Shown here: positions 1 through 8,501 of the stretch, piece by piece
Position numbering within the stretch: the first letter of the stretch is position 1
How the letters are laid out: every line of letters starts with the position of its first letter
Assembly (NCBI GenBank): GCA_037142195.1
Contig: JBAXBA010000029.1
Coordinates: 1-42,083 of the forward strand
Reading direction: 5' to 3'
DNA from: Pseudomonadota bacterium
Lineage (GTDB): Bacteria; Bdellovibrionota_B; Oligoflexia; Oligoflexales; CAIMVM01
Length of the DNA: 42,083 nt
The notes under the pieces: model-generated
Databases searched by the model: none
Told to the model about the DNA's origin: nothing
The model's input: the letters and a program-made list of their open reading frames with translations, nothing else
Made by a program: the position numbers and the translations under genes

Positions 1-53
1 TCGCCTATATTTCAGGCAAAACTTCGCGGCCGGATATATTTTTTAAATTCGCT

Positions 54-1031
54 CTAATGACTTAGATTTTCGACTTCGGGCGTCAGAGTGCTAGGTGTTT
101 GGGATTGTTCTTCCATAACTTCTTTTAAGTGATCGTCGAGGTATTTTAGGACATTCCTTGGGACTCCGCTCAGAGAAGAAATCTTTTTAGACATCATTTG
201 AAAATCTTCGAATTTCCCTAGGGCTAAATAAGCCTGAGAAGCATGCATATAGAGCCGCCAAGGCAGCTCTCTCGAGCTAAGTCGCTCCGCAGCCCATAGA
301 ATCTGAGGGATAGAATCCATATCCCCGCTGGCCCCTAAAGCTCCCGTATATTCAATGAGAAACTCATCATCTCGCTCACCAGCATTATAAAATGGAGCAA
401 GTAGGGTTACTTTCGCGCTGGGGTTCGCTTCCGGATCGATTTCAGCGGCCAGGCTTGTGCCTGCCCATGAGGAAAGAGTTTGGGCTTTTTCAAATACGGC
501 CTTGGCAAGCGCTTCTTCGTTCTGCGCGTTGATGCGACTAAGGGCCAAAAAGAGCTCCCAAAGTCGGTAGTGATTCGGATTAGAATTGAGTCCGGCGTCA
601 GCCCAGGTCGAAGCTTCTTCATAGCGGCCATCTTGAATCAGAATTTCAATCATATTGCTGTAAGGGGCTGGTTCTTCGGGGGCCACTTGATTGGCAGCAG
701 CAAAGCAAAGCTCTGCTCTGGGAAGTTCTCCCGTGATCATAGCGGCGATACCTTCCGCTAGAGCTCCGCGAAAATCACCACGGTCCCATACGGATAGATT
801 CATATCAATCAGCTTTAAAGCCGCCAAAGGGTGATCCATGGAAACAAGCTCATCGATAAGATCGACCAAAGATTCATGATCCGAAAGACCATTCTCCTCA
901 CCAAATTTCAAGACATAATCAGCGAACTCATAGCGATTTCTGTCGGAAAGTTGCTCAGCCTCGGCTTTTACCCCAAGCCAAATTTTTAAATGCGGGCCCA
1001 TAGGGTAATGGGCTAAGGGATGAAGGGACAT
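54..1031 (-). CDS. Tetratricopeptide-repeat (TPR-like) protein
   Basis: 325-aa ORF with TPR-like helical pairs (LAEGIAAMITGELPRAELCFAAANQVAPEEPAPYSNMIEILIQDGRYEEA). Starts 11 bp after the thrS stop, so probably co-transcribed. Confidence 0.7.
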   Translation of the reverse strand: MSLHPLAHYPMGPHLKIWLGVKAEAEQLSDRNRYEFADYVLKFGEENGLSDHESLVDLIDELVSMDHPLAALKLIDMNLSVWDRGDFRGALAEGIAAMITGELPRAELCFAAANQVAPEEPAPYSNMIEILIQDGRYEEASTWADAGLNSNPNHYRLWELFLALSRINAQNEEALAKAVFEKAQTLSSWAGTSLAAEIDPEANPSAKVTLLAPFYNAGERDDEFLIEYTGALGASGDMDSIPQILWAAERLSSRELPWRLYMHASQAYLALGKFEDFQMMSKKISSLSGVPRNVLKYLDDHLKEVMEEQSQTPSTLTPEVENLSH

Positions 1032-1042
1032 GGGGATCCTTT

Positions 1043-2860
1043 CTAGAGAATAGAAGTTACTGGTTGACGGTTATTGGTCCTGGATTTGATCTCATTTAAA
1101 AGCCCGGCAATGAAAGCTGGTCTGGCCAGATTTTCCTGTTCTGTGACTCCGTAACGTCTTACAGTTACCGAGTCAGATTCCTTTTCCTTATTGCCAATAA
1201 TAAGAAGAATTGAAGCTTTTTTCATGGTGTTGATTCTGATTTTTTTATTAAACGATTCATTGGTTTCGTCCACTTCAACCCGAACTTTCGCGGCGTGAAG
1301 CTCAGCTTTTAAACCTAGGCAATACTCCACACAAGTTTCATTTACGGGAATGAGCACCACTTGAAGGGGGTTAAACCATAAAGGGAAGGCCCCTCCATAG
1401 TATTCAATAAGATAACTAATAAAACGTTCATGGGTGGAAAGCGGAGCCCTATGTAAGACAACCGGGGATTCTTCTTTGCCGTCTTCGCTGGTGTATCTTA
1501 AGTTAAAATTCACAGCTGCCAAGAAATCCACTTGAATGGTGGAAACCGTTTCTTCACGTCCTAATAGGTTTCTAAATTGAATATCAATTTTAGGTCCATA
1601 GAATGCAGCTTCTCCTTCACCAATATAATAAGGGATCTTTAGCTGGTCTAAAATGTCCTTCAATGCGCCTTCAGCTTCATTCCACATCTCATCCGTGCCC
1701 TTGAACTTCGCCTTATTGTCATCTTTAGCACGAATAGAAAGTCGATATCTGAAGTTGTCTAGTTTAAAGGTTTCATAAACCTCATTATAGAGCTTTAAAG
1801 TATGTAGTATTTCCGAGCGCAATTGATCTTTGCGACAGTAAATATGGGCATCATTTGTGGCCATGGTTCTCACACGAATCAGGCCTGAAAGCTCTCCAGA
1901 CTGCTCAAAACGAAATACTTGGCCATATTCCGCAAGGCGCAAGGGCAATTCTCGGTAGCTTCTTTTTCGCATGCTAAAAATCAAGTGATGATGAGGACAG
2001 TTCATGGGTCTTAAATAATACTTTTCCACGTAACCAGTCTGCTCGTGATTAACGATCATTGGCGGAAACATCGACTCTTCATAGGCCGGAAGGTGCTGAG
2101 AGGTCTTGTATAGGTCTTCTTTGGCAATGATCGGGGTGTGTACCCTTTTATAACCATAGTTAAACTCAACCTCTTCCGCATAGCGCTCAATTTCTTGTCT
2201 GATGACGGTTCCGTTTGGTAGCCATAAAGGTAGGCCCTTGCCGACCAAGTCGTCGAAATGGAAGAGTTCAAGCTCTTTGCCAATTTTTTTGTGGTCGTAT
2301 TCATGGGCGAGGGCGCGTCGCTTTAAATAGGCGTCGAGCTCCTCCGGGGTCTCAAAAACCAGGGCATAGATGCGAGTGAGCATCTTGTTTTTTTCGTCAC
2401 CGAGCCAATAAGCCCCGGCGACGCGATCAAGCCTAAAGGACTTAGCTGGAAGCTCTCCCGTATGAGCTACATGGGGCCCTTCACAAAGGTCGACAAAAGG
2501 GCCATTGGTAAAGAATCTAAAGGAGGTAACTCCCCTCCCATGAAGGTTTTCGATATTCTCAACCTTATAATTTTCCTTAAGATTTTGACATTTTGCCAAG
2601 GCCTGGTCCCGTGGCATATCTTCAAAGGTAAAGGGCTGCCTTTGTCCAATGATTTTTTTCATTCGGGATTCTAAGACTTTTAGGACCTCATCGCTAATTT
2701 TAGTGTCGCCAAAATCAAAGTCGTAGTAGAAGCCCGTATCTGTTGGTGGACCAAAGCCAAGGACAGCAGAAGGGTATTCTAGTTTTACGGCTTGGGCTAA
2801 TACGTGTGCAAGGGAATGTCGAAAGCGATAAAGCAGAGAGTCTTGGGCGGCCATTTCCAT
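1043..2860 (-). CDS. thrS: Threonine--tRNA ligase (short form lacking the N-terminal TGS domain)
   Basis: Editing-domain motifs RHSLAH, GFYYDF and DLCEGPH; catalytic RPMNCPHH, FRFEQSG, DAH, AFYGPKID and LHRA; C-terminal anticodon-binding domain. Confidence 0.98.
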   Translation of the reverse strand: MEMAAQDSLLYRFRHSLAHVLAQAVKLEYPSAVLGFGPPTDTGFYYDFDFGDTKISDEVLKVLESRMKKIIGQRQPFTFEDMPRDQALAKCQNLKENYKVENIENLHGRGVTSFRFFTNGPFVDLCEGPHVAHTGELPAKSFRLDRVAGAYWLGDEKNKMLTRIYALVFETPEELDAYLKRRALAHEYDHKKIGKELELFHFDDLVGKGLPLWLPNGTVIRQEIERYAEEVEFNYGYKRVHTPIIAKEDLYKTSQHLPAYEESMFPPMIVNHEQTGYVEKYYLRPMNCPHHHLIFSMRKRSYRELPLRLAEYGQVFRFEQSGELSGLIRVRTMATNDAHIYCRKDQLRSEILHTLKLYNEVYETFKLDNFRYRLSIRAKDDNKAKFKGTDEMWNEAEGALKDILDQLKIPYYIGEGEAAFYGPKIDIQFRNLLGREETVSTIQVDFLAAVNFNLRYTSEDGKEESPVVLHRAPLSTHERFISYLIEYYGGAFPLWFNPLQVVLIPVNETCVEYCLGLKAELHAAKVRVEVDETNESFNKKIRINTMKKASILLIIGNKEKESDSVTVRRYGVTEQENLARPAFIAGLLNEIKSRTNNRQPVTSIL

Positions 2861-2976
2861 AGTCTATCCATAGTATAAAAAGTAGAGGTGAGGCCTAAGA
2901 CCTCCCGAATTGCTGACTTCTCTATTTACAGAAAAAGTTAGGTTTAAACAAGACTTAGGCGAAAGAAAGGTCGAAA

Positions 2977-3909
2977 ATGGCTGAGAGTAAAAAAATTGAT
3001 TTAGTGGTCGGACGAGAAGAACGAGGCCTTAGAATTGATCAATTTATTGCGCAGCACTCGGATTTTCTTTCGAAAACTAGAGTGAGACGCATCCTCGATA
3101 ATGGCGCTCTCGCCATCAATGGGCGGCGCGAGCGCTTTGCCAATCGAACTCTTCAGCCGGGCGATAAGGTAACCTACTATTTAGACGGGGATATTCTTAA
3201 ATCCAGAAAGGTTGTCGACTTTGGCAGTCCTGATGCTTGGATTCTTCGTGAAGATGGCGAGCTTGTGATTGTCAACAAACCAGCGGGCATGCTTTCCCAG
3301 CCGACGAAAGATCCGAAGCTTTTGGATGCCAGCGGCTACTTCGGGCGGGGTAAAACCCTTTGGCCCTGTCATCGACTAGATAAAGAAACATCTGGGGTTT
3401 TGGTGCTCGCCAAATCCGCAAAAGTAGCTGAAAAAGTCATGGATCTCTTTAGATCTCGAGACGTAAAAAAGGAGTATCTTGCTATAACTACGGGTACTCC
3501 GGTCCAAAAAGAATGGACGGAGCTTTGCTATCTGTCCGACACTATGGAAAAAAGTGGGCGCGTTGAGATTGTGAGATCAGGCGGCAAAACCTCTGAAACT
3601 CGGTTTCATTGGCTGGGCTCCTCAAAAAATCTTAACCTCATTCATTGCTTTCCGCACACGGGAAGAACCCACCAAATTAGGGTTCATCTAGAAAAAGCTA
3701 GGCTTCCCATATTGGGAGACAAGATTTATGGCATGGGCCTTACTCAAACTCCCGGAGGATTTGAGTCCTATGCCGTCAAAAGACATTTTCTCCATGCCTG
3801 CTCTCTGAGTTTTATTTGGAACGAAGAACGATTGGAAGTAAGTGCAAAACCCACGGCAGAATTTCAGGCGATATTGGATAAATCTGGCCTCTCAAAGTTT
3901 CTAACCTAA
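2977..3909 (+). CDS. RluA-family (RluC/RluD-like) pseudouridine synthase with N-terminal S4 domain
   Basis: S4-like RIDQFIA, then VNKPAG, the catalytic HRLDKETSG, GRTHQIRVH, PILGDKIYG and LHA. Confidence 0.95.
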   Translation: MAESKKIDLVVGREERGLRIDQFIAQHSDFLSKTRVRRILDNGALAINGRRERFANRTLQPGDKVTYYLDGDILKSRKVVDFGSPDAWILREDGELVIVNKPAGMLSQPTKDPKLLDASGYFGRGKTLWPCHRLDKETSGVLVLAKSAKVAEKVMDLFRSRDVKKEYLAITTGTPVQKEWTELCYLSDTMEKSGRVEIVRSGGKTSETRFHWLGSSKNLNLIHCFPHTGRTHQIRVHLEKARLPILGDKIYGMGLTQTPGGFESYAVKRHFLHACSLSFIWNEERLEVSAKPTAEFQAILDKSGLSKFLT

Positions 3910-3946
3910 GGAATTTTTTAGAGATCTCGGCTTAATAATAAAACTC

Positions 3947-3973
3947 CAGTTTCTTTCAACTCTCGTCCGATAA
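3947..3973 (+). promoter_or_regulatory. Putative sigma28 (FliA)-type promoter
   Basis: CAGT-N15-TCCGATAA about 35 bp upstream of the ATG at 4008, which has an AGGAGG RBS. The -10 matches GCCGATAA at 7/8; the -35 is weak. Confidence 0.5.
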
Positions 3974-4007
3974 GGAATTTAGTAGTTGTGGAACTTCAGG
4001 AGGGTTT

Positions 4008-4751
4008 ATGAAATCCATGAAAATTATAGCGATGGCATCCTTTTTAGGACTTCTTGAAACAGCTTGTGGAGGCAGATCTGCTCCCCAAATGCCTTCTACT
4101 AACGGAAATAAAAGCACCAGCGATTTGACCTCAGGCTATTCTTCTTGCACTGCTAAGAGTTGCCCGCGAGTGAAAAGCTATCAAATTTCAAACAAACAAG
4201 TCACCAAAGGTGTCAACGAAGAGTTTGGCAACATGAGCTTTGAAGCCAGCGTGACTGATAATGATTCTAATCGTAAAGTTAAGCTTTTTGTGGACGCCTC
4301 AAACATGGTTCCTGGTCTAAAAGCTACTCCGACAAATTCAGGCTTTACCCTGTCAGGCAAGATTGGTGTTCCAAGCACCTACTCTATTAGAGTGTTTGTA
4401 AGGGATTTAGACCTTTGCAAGCAACAGTCAAAATCGAATGCCTCAAGCTGTGAAAGTTCCGATAAAAGCAATACGAATTATGACATTCCAGACTCGATCT
4501 CAATTGTCATTACTTCTGGTGGCAACCAACAAGATATAAGTTCCCTTGGAAGTTTACCTTCATCTTGTCCTAAGACTTCTACCCCATCAAATGCATTACC
4601 AGCGGTGCTAGGTGGCGTTGGTGTGCTGGGCTCTGTAATTGATGGAACAAGTACTACGGGTAGCGTGATAACTGGTGTCGCAAGTGTCTTAGCTCAAACA
4701 TTTGGACCAAAACCACAACAGCCTCAAGTCCCCGTGACCAGTTGTCGCTAA
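4008..4751 (+). CDS. Hypothetical Ser/Thr/Cys-rich lipoprotein
   Basis: Strong RBS; signal peptide MKSMKIIAMASFLGLLETAC ending in Cys; several further Cys residues; Gly-rich hydrophobic C-terminal segment. Confidence 0.75.
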   Translation: MKSMKIIAMASFLGLLETACGGRSAPQMPSTNGNKSTSDLTSGYSSCTAKSCPRVKSYQISNKQVTKGVNEEFGNMSFEASVTDNDSNRKVKLFVDASNMVPGLKATPTNSGFTLSGKIGVPSTYSIRVFVRDLDLCKQQSKSNASSCESSDKSNTNYDIPDSISIVITSGGNQQDISSLGSLPSSCPKTSTPSNALPAVLGGVGVLGSVIDGTSTTGSVITGVASVLAQTFGPKPQQPQVPVTSCR

Positions 4752-4847
4752 AAACTGTGCGAATACCTGAGTTTTGTCAAGTTGGTTTCCATAGGAAATA
4801 GTTCAGACGGAATCCATCTTGAGTTTACAAAAATAGAAAGTAGCTTC

Positions 4848-4884
4848 CTTTAGGGCCTTGGATTCCGAGGCTCTAAAGTTTTTT
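4848..4884 (+). terminator. Rho-independent terminator
   Basis: 14-bp stem CTTTAGGGCCTTGG/CCGAGGCTCTAAAG with two G-U pairs, loop ATT, followed by T6. Confidence 0.8.
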
Positions 4885-5115
4885 GGATTACATTCTAGGT
4901 TTTCATGGGAGACTCTTTGCTCTTGTGGTCGGAGAAACTCTCGATGCTGCAAAAACAGAAACCTTTTCCTAAAAAATCCTTGCAGCATCTTTGCGACGTC
5001 CTTGACTGATTCAGGTTTAACTTTCTTCCGGCCGTAGTATTAATGACTTACAGCCAAATGATATTGAGCTGGCTCGGGTCCGTATTTTTGCCAAAGCATC
5101 AACTACATCCTTTTG

Positions 5116-5147
5116 TACTTTGCACTTTCATGCTAAAGTGACAAGTA
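5116..5147. promoter_or_regulatory. Imperfect inverted repeat (possible operator) just upstream of the AAA+ gene
   Basis: TACTTTGCACTTT-catgct-AAAGTGACAAGTA; the arms match at 11/13. Confidence 0.35.
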
Positions 5148-5160
5148 TGATCGTTTTTAC

Positions 5161-6438
5161 TTGGAGGGTCTTTCCATAAATACAGTAACTTACACTTTAG
5201 AAGACTCTCTTCAAAGACAGCGGGTTGAATTTCAAGGCTTATGTAATAGGCCCTATTTTTCAAGAGCTAAGGAAGCAGAACTCCTCACGGCCTTGGGGAG
5301 CTCGCTGATTAAAATCGTTCTTGGACCTAGGCGTGCAGGCAAGTCGAGGCTCATTCAAAAAATTTTGGAAGATAAAAAGATAGCCTATCTTAACTTTGAT
5401 GATGAAACGTTCAGGGGGGTCTCTGGGGATGCCCTTATGGACGCAGCCCACAAAGTTTATCCTGATGCGGACTTTTGGTATCTTGATGAAATACAGGATT
5501 TTCCGGACTGGGAGACCTTTGTTAACAAACTCCACAGAAGAAACTATAACCTAGTCCTTACAGGGTCCAATGCAAAGCTTTTGAGTACAGAGTTGGCGAC
5601 AGCGTTGACAGGCCGACATGTTGCTATAGAACTTCTGCCTTTTTCATTTGAAGAATACATAAATGCTACAAGCCAAATCCCAAGTTGGACGAACTTTCAA
5701 TTCTATTTAGAGCGTGGAGGCTATCCAGAGGTACTATTTCAACCAGCAATTGATGCCAGATCCTACCTGAGTACACTCTTTGACTCCATTGTTCTAAAGG
5801 ACTTAGTTAAAAGGAAAAAAATTCGCAATCCTAGCTACCTAACAAATACACTTTCGTTACTAGTTAACAACGTTGCCTCTCGCACCAGCTCAAGATCCCT
5901 TTCTAAAGCGCTTCATGGCAGTCCGAGTGTCACCTCGGTGGACAAATACTTACACTATTTTGAAGAAGCTTATCTTGTAGAAACCATAGGTGCATTTTCT
6001 TTTAAAACAAAAGCTCGCATACAGTCGGAAAGAAAGCCTTACGTGATCGATACAGGAATTCTAGGGGCATTAAGCGCTTTGAATATGCCTATTCTCAGCA
6101 AACAGCTTGAAAACTGTATCTATTTAACATTAAGAGGACGCAGAAAAATCCAAAATCTTTCTCTTTTTTACTATCGCTCCGATTCTGGCAAGGAGATCGA
6201 TTTCTTGATTCGAGAAGGACACCGGACCACGGACTTGATCCAGGTTTGCTTAAACATGTCTTCTGAAGAGACACGCCAGCGAGAGGTGTCAGCTCTATTA
6301 CAGGCACAAAAAATCTTTGCCGACGCGAACCTTCTCATTATCACAGCCAATGAGGCGGGATCAATTAGGGTCGATAGCAAAACAGACATACAATTAGTGC
6401 CAGCCCATGTTTTTTGCAGCAATAAGGGCGTCTTCTGA
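5161..6438 (+). CDS. AAA+ ATPase (AAA_14) with C-terminal DUF4143 domain
   Basis: Walker A GPRRAGKS, YLNFDD, Walker B YLDEIQ, LTGSNA, LTGR, GGYPE, K.Y.IDTG, LEN, and YYR...EIDF...IQVC. Start codon uncertain. Confidence 0.88.
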   Translation: MEGLSINTVTYTLEDSLQRQRVEFQGLCNRPYFSRAKEAELLTALGSSLIKIVLGPRRAGKSRLIQKILEDKKIAYLNFDDETFRGVSGDALMDAAHKVYPDADFWYLDEIQDFPDWETFVNKLHRRNYNLVLTGSNAKLLSTELATALTGRHVAIELLPFSFEEYINATSQIPSWTNFQFYLERGGYPEVLFQPAIDARSYLSTLFDSIVLKDLVKRKKIRNPSYLTNTLSLLVNNVASRTSSRSLSKALHGSPSVTSVDKYLHYFEEAYLVETIGAFSFKTKARIQSERKPYVIDTGILGALSALNMPILSKQLENCIYLTLRGRRKIQNLSLFYYRSDSGKEIDFLIREGHRTTDLIQVCLNMSSEETRQREVSALLQAQKIFADANLLIITANEAGSIRVDSKTDIQLVPAHVFCSNKGVF

Positions 6439-6522
6439 CTTTATAAATCCGTCGAGGATTTACGCCGCCAGATGAAAGTTATGCAAACATGCACTGTGAA
6501 ATCGTAAGAAAAAATGTGCACC

Positions 6523-6564
6523 TTTGGAAAAAGGTGTTTTGAAAAGCGTATTTTGAAAAGCGTA
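6523..6564. repeat. 14-bp tandem repeat
   Basis: TTTTGAAAAGCGTA occurs twice exactly (6537-6564), preceded by a degenerate copy TTTGGAAAAAGGTG. Confidence 0.7.
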
Positions 6565-6705
6565 GTGTGAACGGTATCTTGATTTTCTTGCAAAGCACCA
6601 GTGACATTTATTATCGTTTGCTGGTCCATGTGGGATCTTATTGAGGAAGCGAATTCGACGCTCTTAAAGTAGCCTATCTGTGGGTTTCCTTTCGGGGGGG
6701 CGCGA

Positions 6706-7490
6706 TTAGTCCCATTGAGTTGCGGTTATTAGGAGCCATACAACAGGACTTGCCATTAGAACACTACCTTTTCTATCGATGAGCCCACCGTGACCTGGAA
6801 GAAGCTTGCCAGAATCCTTCACTCCAGCATTTCGTTTGAACAAAGACTTAAAAAGATCGCCCGCTTGTGCGGCTGCAGCTCCGAACAAGGCAACCAGATA
6901 GGTGATTCGCCAGTCTGCAAGTGGGCTAGCCAAGCTTGAAAGAAGAACACAGCACAAACGCCGCAAATGAATCCCCAATAGCACCCTCCCAAGTCTTGTT
7001 CGGCGACAGAATTGGTAGCAGCTTTTTCTTGCCAAAAGTTCGGCCAAAAAAACATGCACCGGTATCGCTGCACCAAGCACATACCAACACCAAGATTAGC
7101 AAGCTCTTTGATAGCTCAAAGAGATTCCAAACTGCCAACCAAGAGCAAATGGTATAGGCAACTTCTAGAAAGCTACCAGCGGAAGCCTTGGCGCGCTCTT
7201 CAATAGTTCCTTTGCTGTACGATGCCAATTTGAAGAGGCATGTCTTGCAGATACGGGACCTTTATATGGGCGCAGAAATATCTTTTTAAAAGCGCTCTTT
7301 CGTCTATAGTCCTGTGCCTCAAACATTTTGACTATACTGTGTCTTTATCAGGCGTTTACTCTAATCAATCCGTATAGAGAAGGATTTGAAAGCAGAAAGC
7401 TAGTAGTTAAGATAGACGATTTGCTATCAAAGCATAAAGCAGTCGAGTTGGTAGTTGCTATGTTTGAAATCAAGATCTTGCTTCTCGCAA
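6706..7490 (-). pseudogene. cdsA: Frameshifted, decayed phosphatidate cytidylyltransferase
   Basis: [34 protein letters not shown] lies in one frame (6926-7228) and [33 protein letters not shown] in another (6706-7080), implying a frameshift near 6930-6980. A degenerate N-terminus may lie in the 7348-7647 ORF. The 5' boundary is approximate. Confidence 0.8.
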
Positions 7491-7559
7491 GATAGGCTGA
7501 CCGAAAGACGGGACATTTGCTGGCGTCCCTAGATTCAGGGCGGGAAAATAAAGCAGGAA

Positions 7560-7973
7560 TTAAGAACATTGTAGCACAATTTTTGCTTGCACATGTCTTC
7601 AGAAGGCAGCTGACAGCGATATTTTTCTGCACTATAGCCGGCCCCAAAAGTCTTCGGTCACGCTAATCTTCCTATGATTACTGCCGATAGTTCTGAGCCG
7701 ATTGAGATCGTTAGCAAACCAGAGATACATTTAGTATCAGCCTAATTTTTTGCAGCAATAGGGAAGCTGTTTGTTGTTGAAGTCGGAGTTAATCGCAGAA
7801 CTACCAGTTCTCAACTGGCCAATGCGATTTCTGACCTTGAAGGATGGATAAAGAGGTTTTCAGAACTTGGTATCCAGGTTTCTCAAGGGATTCCTACTCC
7901 CGGTTTTAGTTGGGTAGAATTTCGTGATCCTTTTGGTAACCGAATCGAACTTCTGCTAAGACAAAAGAATTGA
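7560..7973 (+). pseudogene. Decayed VOC (glyoxalase/bleomycin-resistance) family gene
   Basis: Manual translation of 7746-7973 gives ...VVEVGVNRRTTSSQLANAISDLEGWIKRFSELGIQVSQGIPTPGFSWVEFRDPFGNRIELL..., with the typical VOC C-terminal motif FRDPFGNRIEL. There is an in-frame TAA at 7743 and the N-terminal part is broken. The 5' boundary is approximate. Confidence 0.65.
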
Positions 7974-8015
7974 AGTACATTTTACTTTAAACCTAATGGA
8001 ATTCCACATTCAAAG

Positions 8016-8501
8016 TCATTCTGGGGCTCCGCATTTTAGGTATTCGATAAGAGCTTTTCTTTCTTCAAGAGGGACTGTATTGGTAGGAGGCATTTTTGCG
8101 TCCTTCAAAGTTCCTGCGCTTAGAAGTATTTGTGACCGCTGCTTTATCATTCCACCATAGGAGTCAAAATTAGAGGTGGTGGGAGCGCCACTGCGCTGTG
8201 AATCCTCCAAACTTGAAGAGTGGCAAGAGGTACAATACCTGTCAAAAAAGCTACTGCCAAAACTCACCCAGGAGAGAGTTGTTCCGTTTTCGCAATCACT
8301 GGTTGTTGCTGGGTACACCGATTTTTTGTTGGGAATATCGTAGTGTTCTTCAACTTTGGCGTCTTCAGTTACCGGTTCGCTTCTCCCACAAGATGTAAAA
8401 ATAAATAATAATGGGACCAAGAGATAAATTGATTTGTGAATCCTCCCTTGCGAGCCAATGCCTGGATTCCATTTGGGGACCATATTAAGTGCAACTTTCA
8501 T
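8016..8501 (-). CDS. Small c-type cytochrome lipoprotein
   Basis: Lipobox FTSC, heme motif CTSCH and distal-Met candidate KMPP. The ATG at 8501 overlaps the upstream TGA (ATGA). Confidence 0.75.
   Translation of the reverse strand: MKVALNMVPKWNPGIGSQGRIHKSIYLLVPLLFIFTSCGRSEPVTEDAKVEEHYDIPNKKSVYPATTSDCENGTTLSWVSFGSSFFDRYCTSCHSSSLEDSQRSGAPTTSNFDSYGGMIKQRSQILLSAGTLKDAKMPPTNTVPLEERKALIEYLKCGAPE

Noticed and set aside
1043..2860. ThrRS lacking TGS and not followed by infC
   Set aside because: Both are known, common variations, and the editing and catalytic residues are intact.
6819..7228. Overlapping short ORFs as real genes, or a programmed frameshift in cdsA
   Set aside because: They are better explained as fragments and shadows of one decayed gene. 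Conserved residues are also substituted, which argues against recoding.
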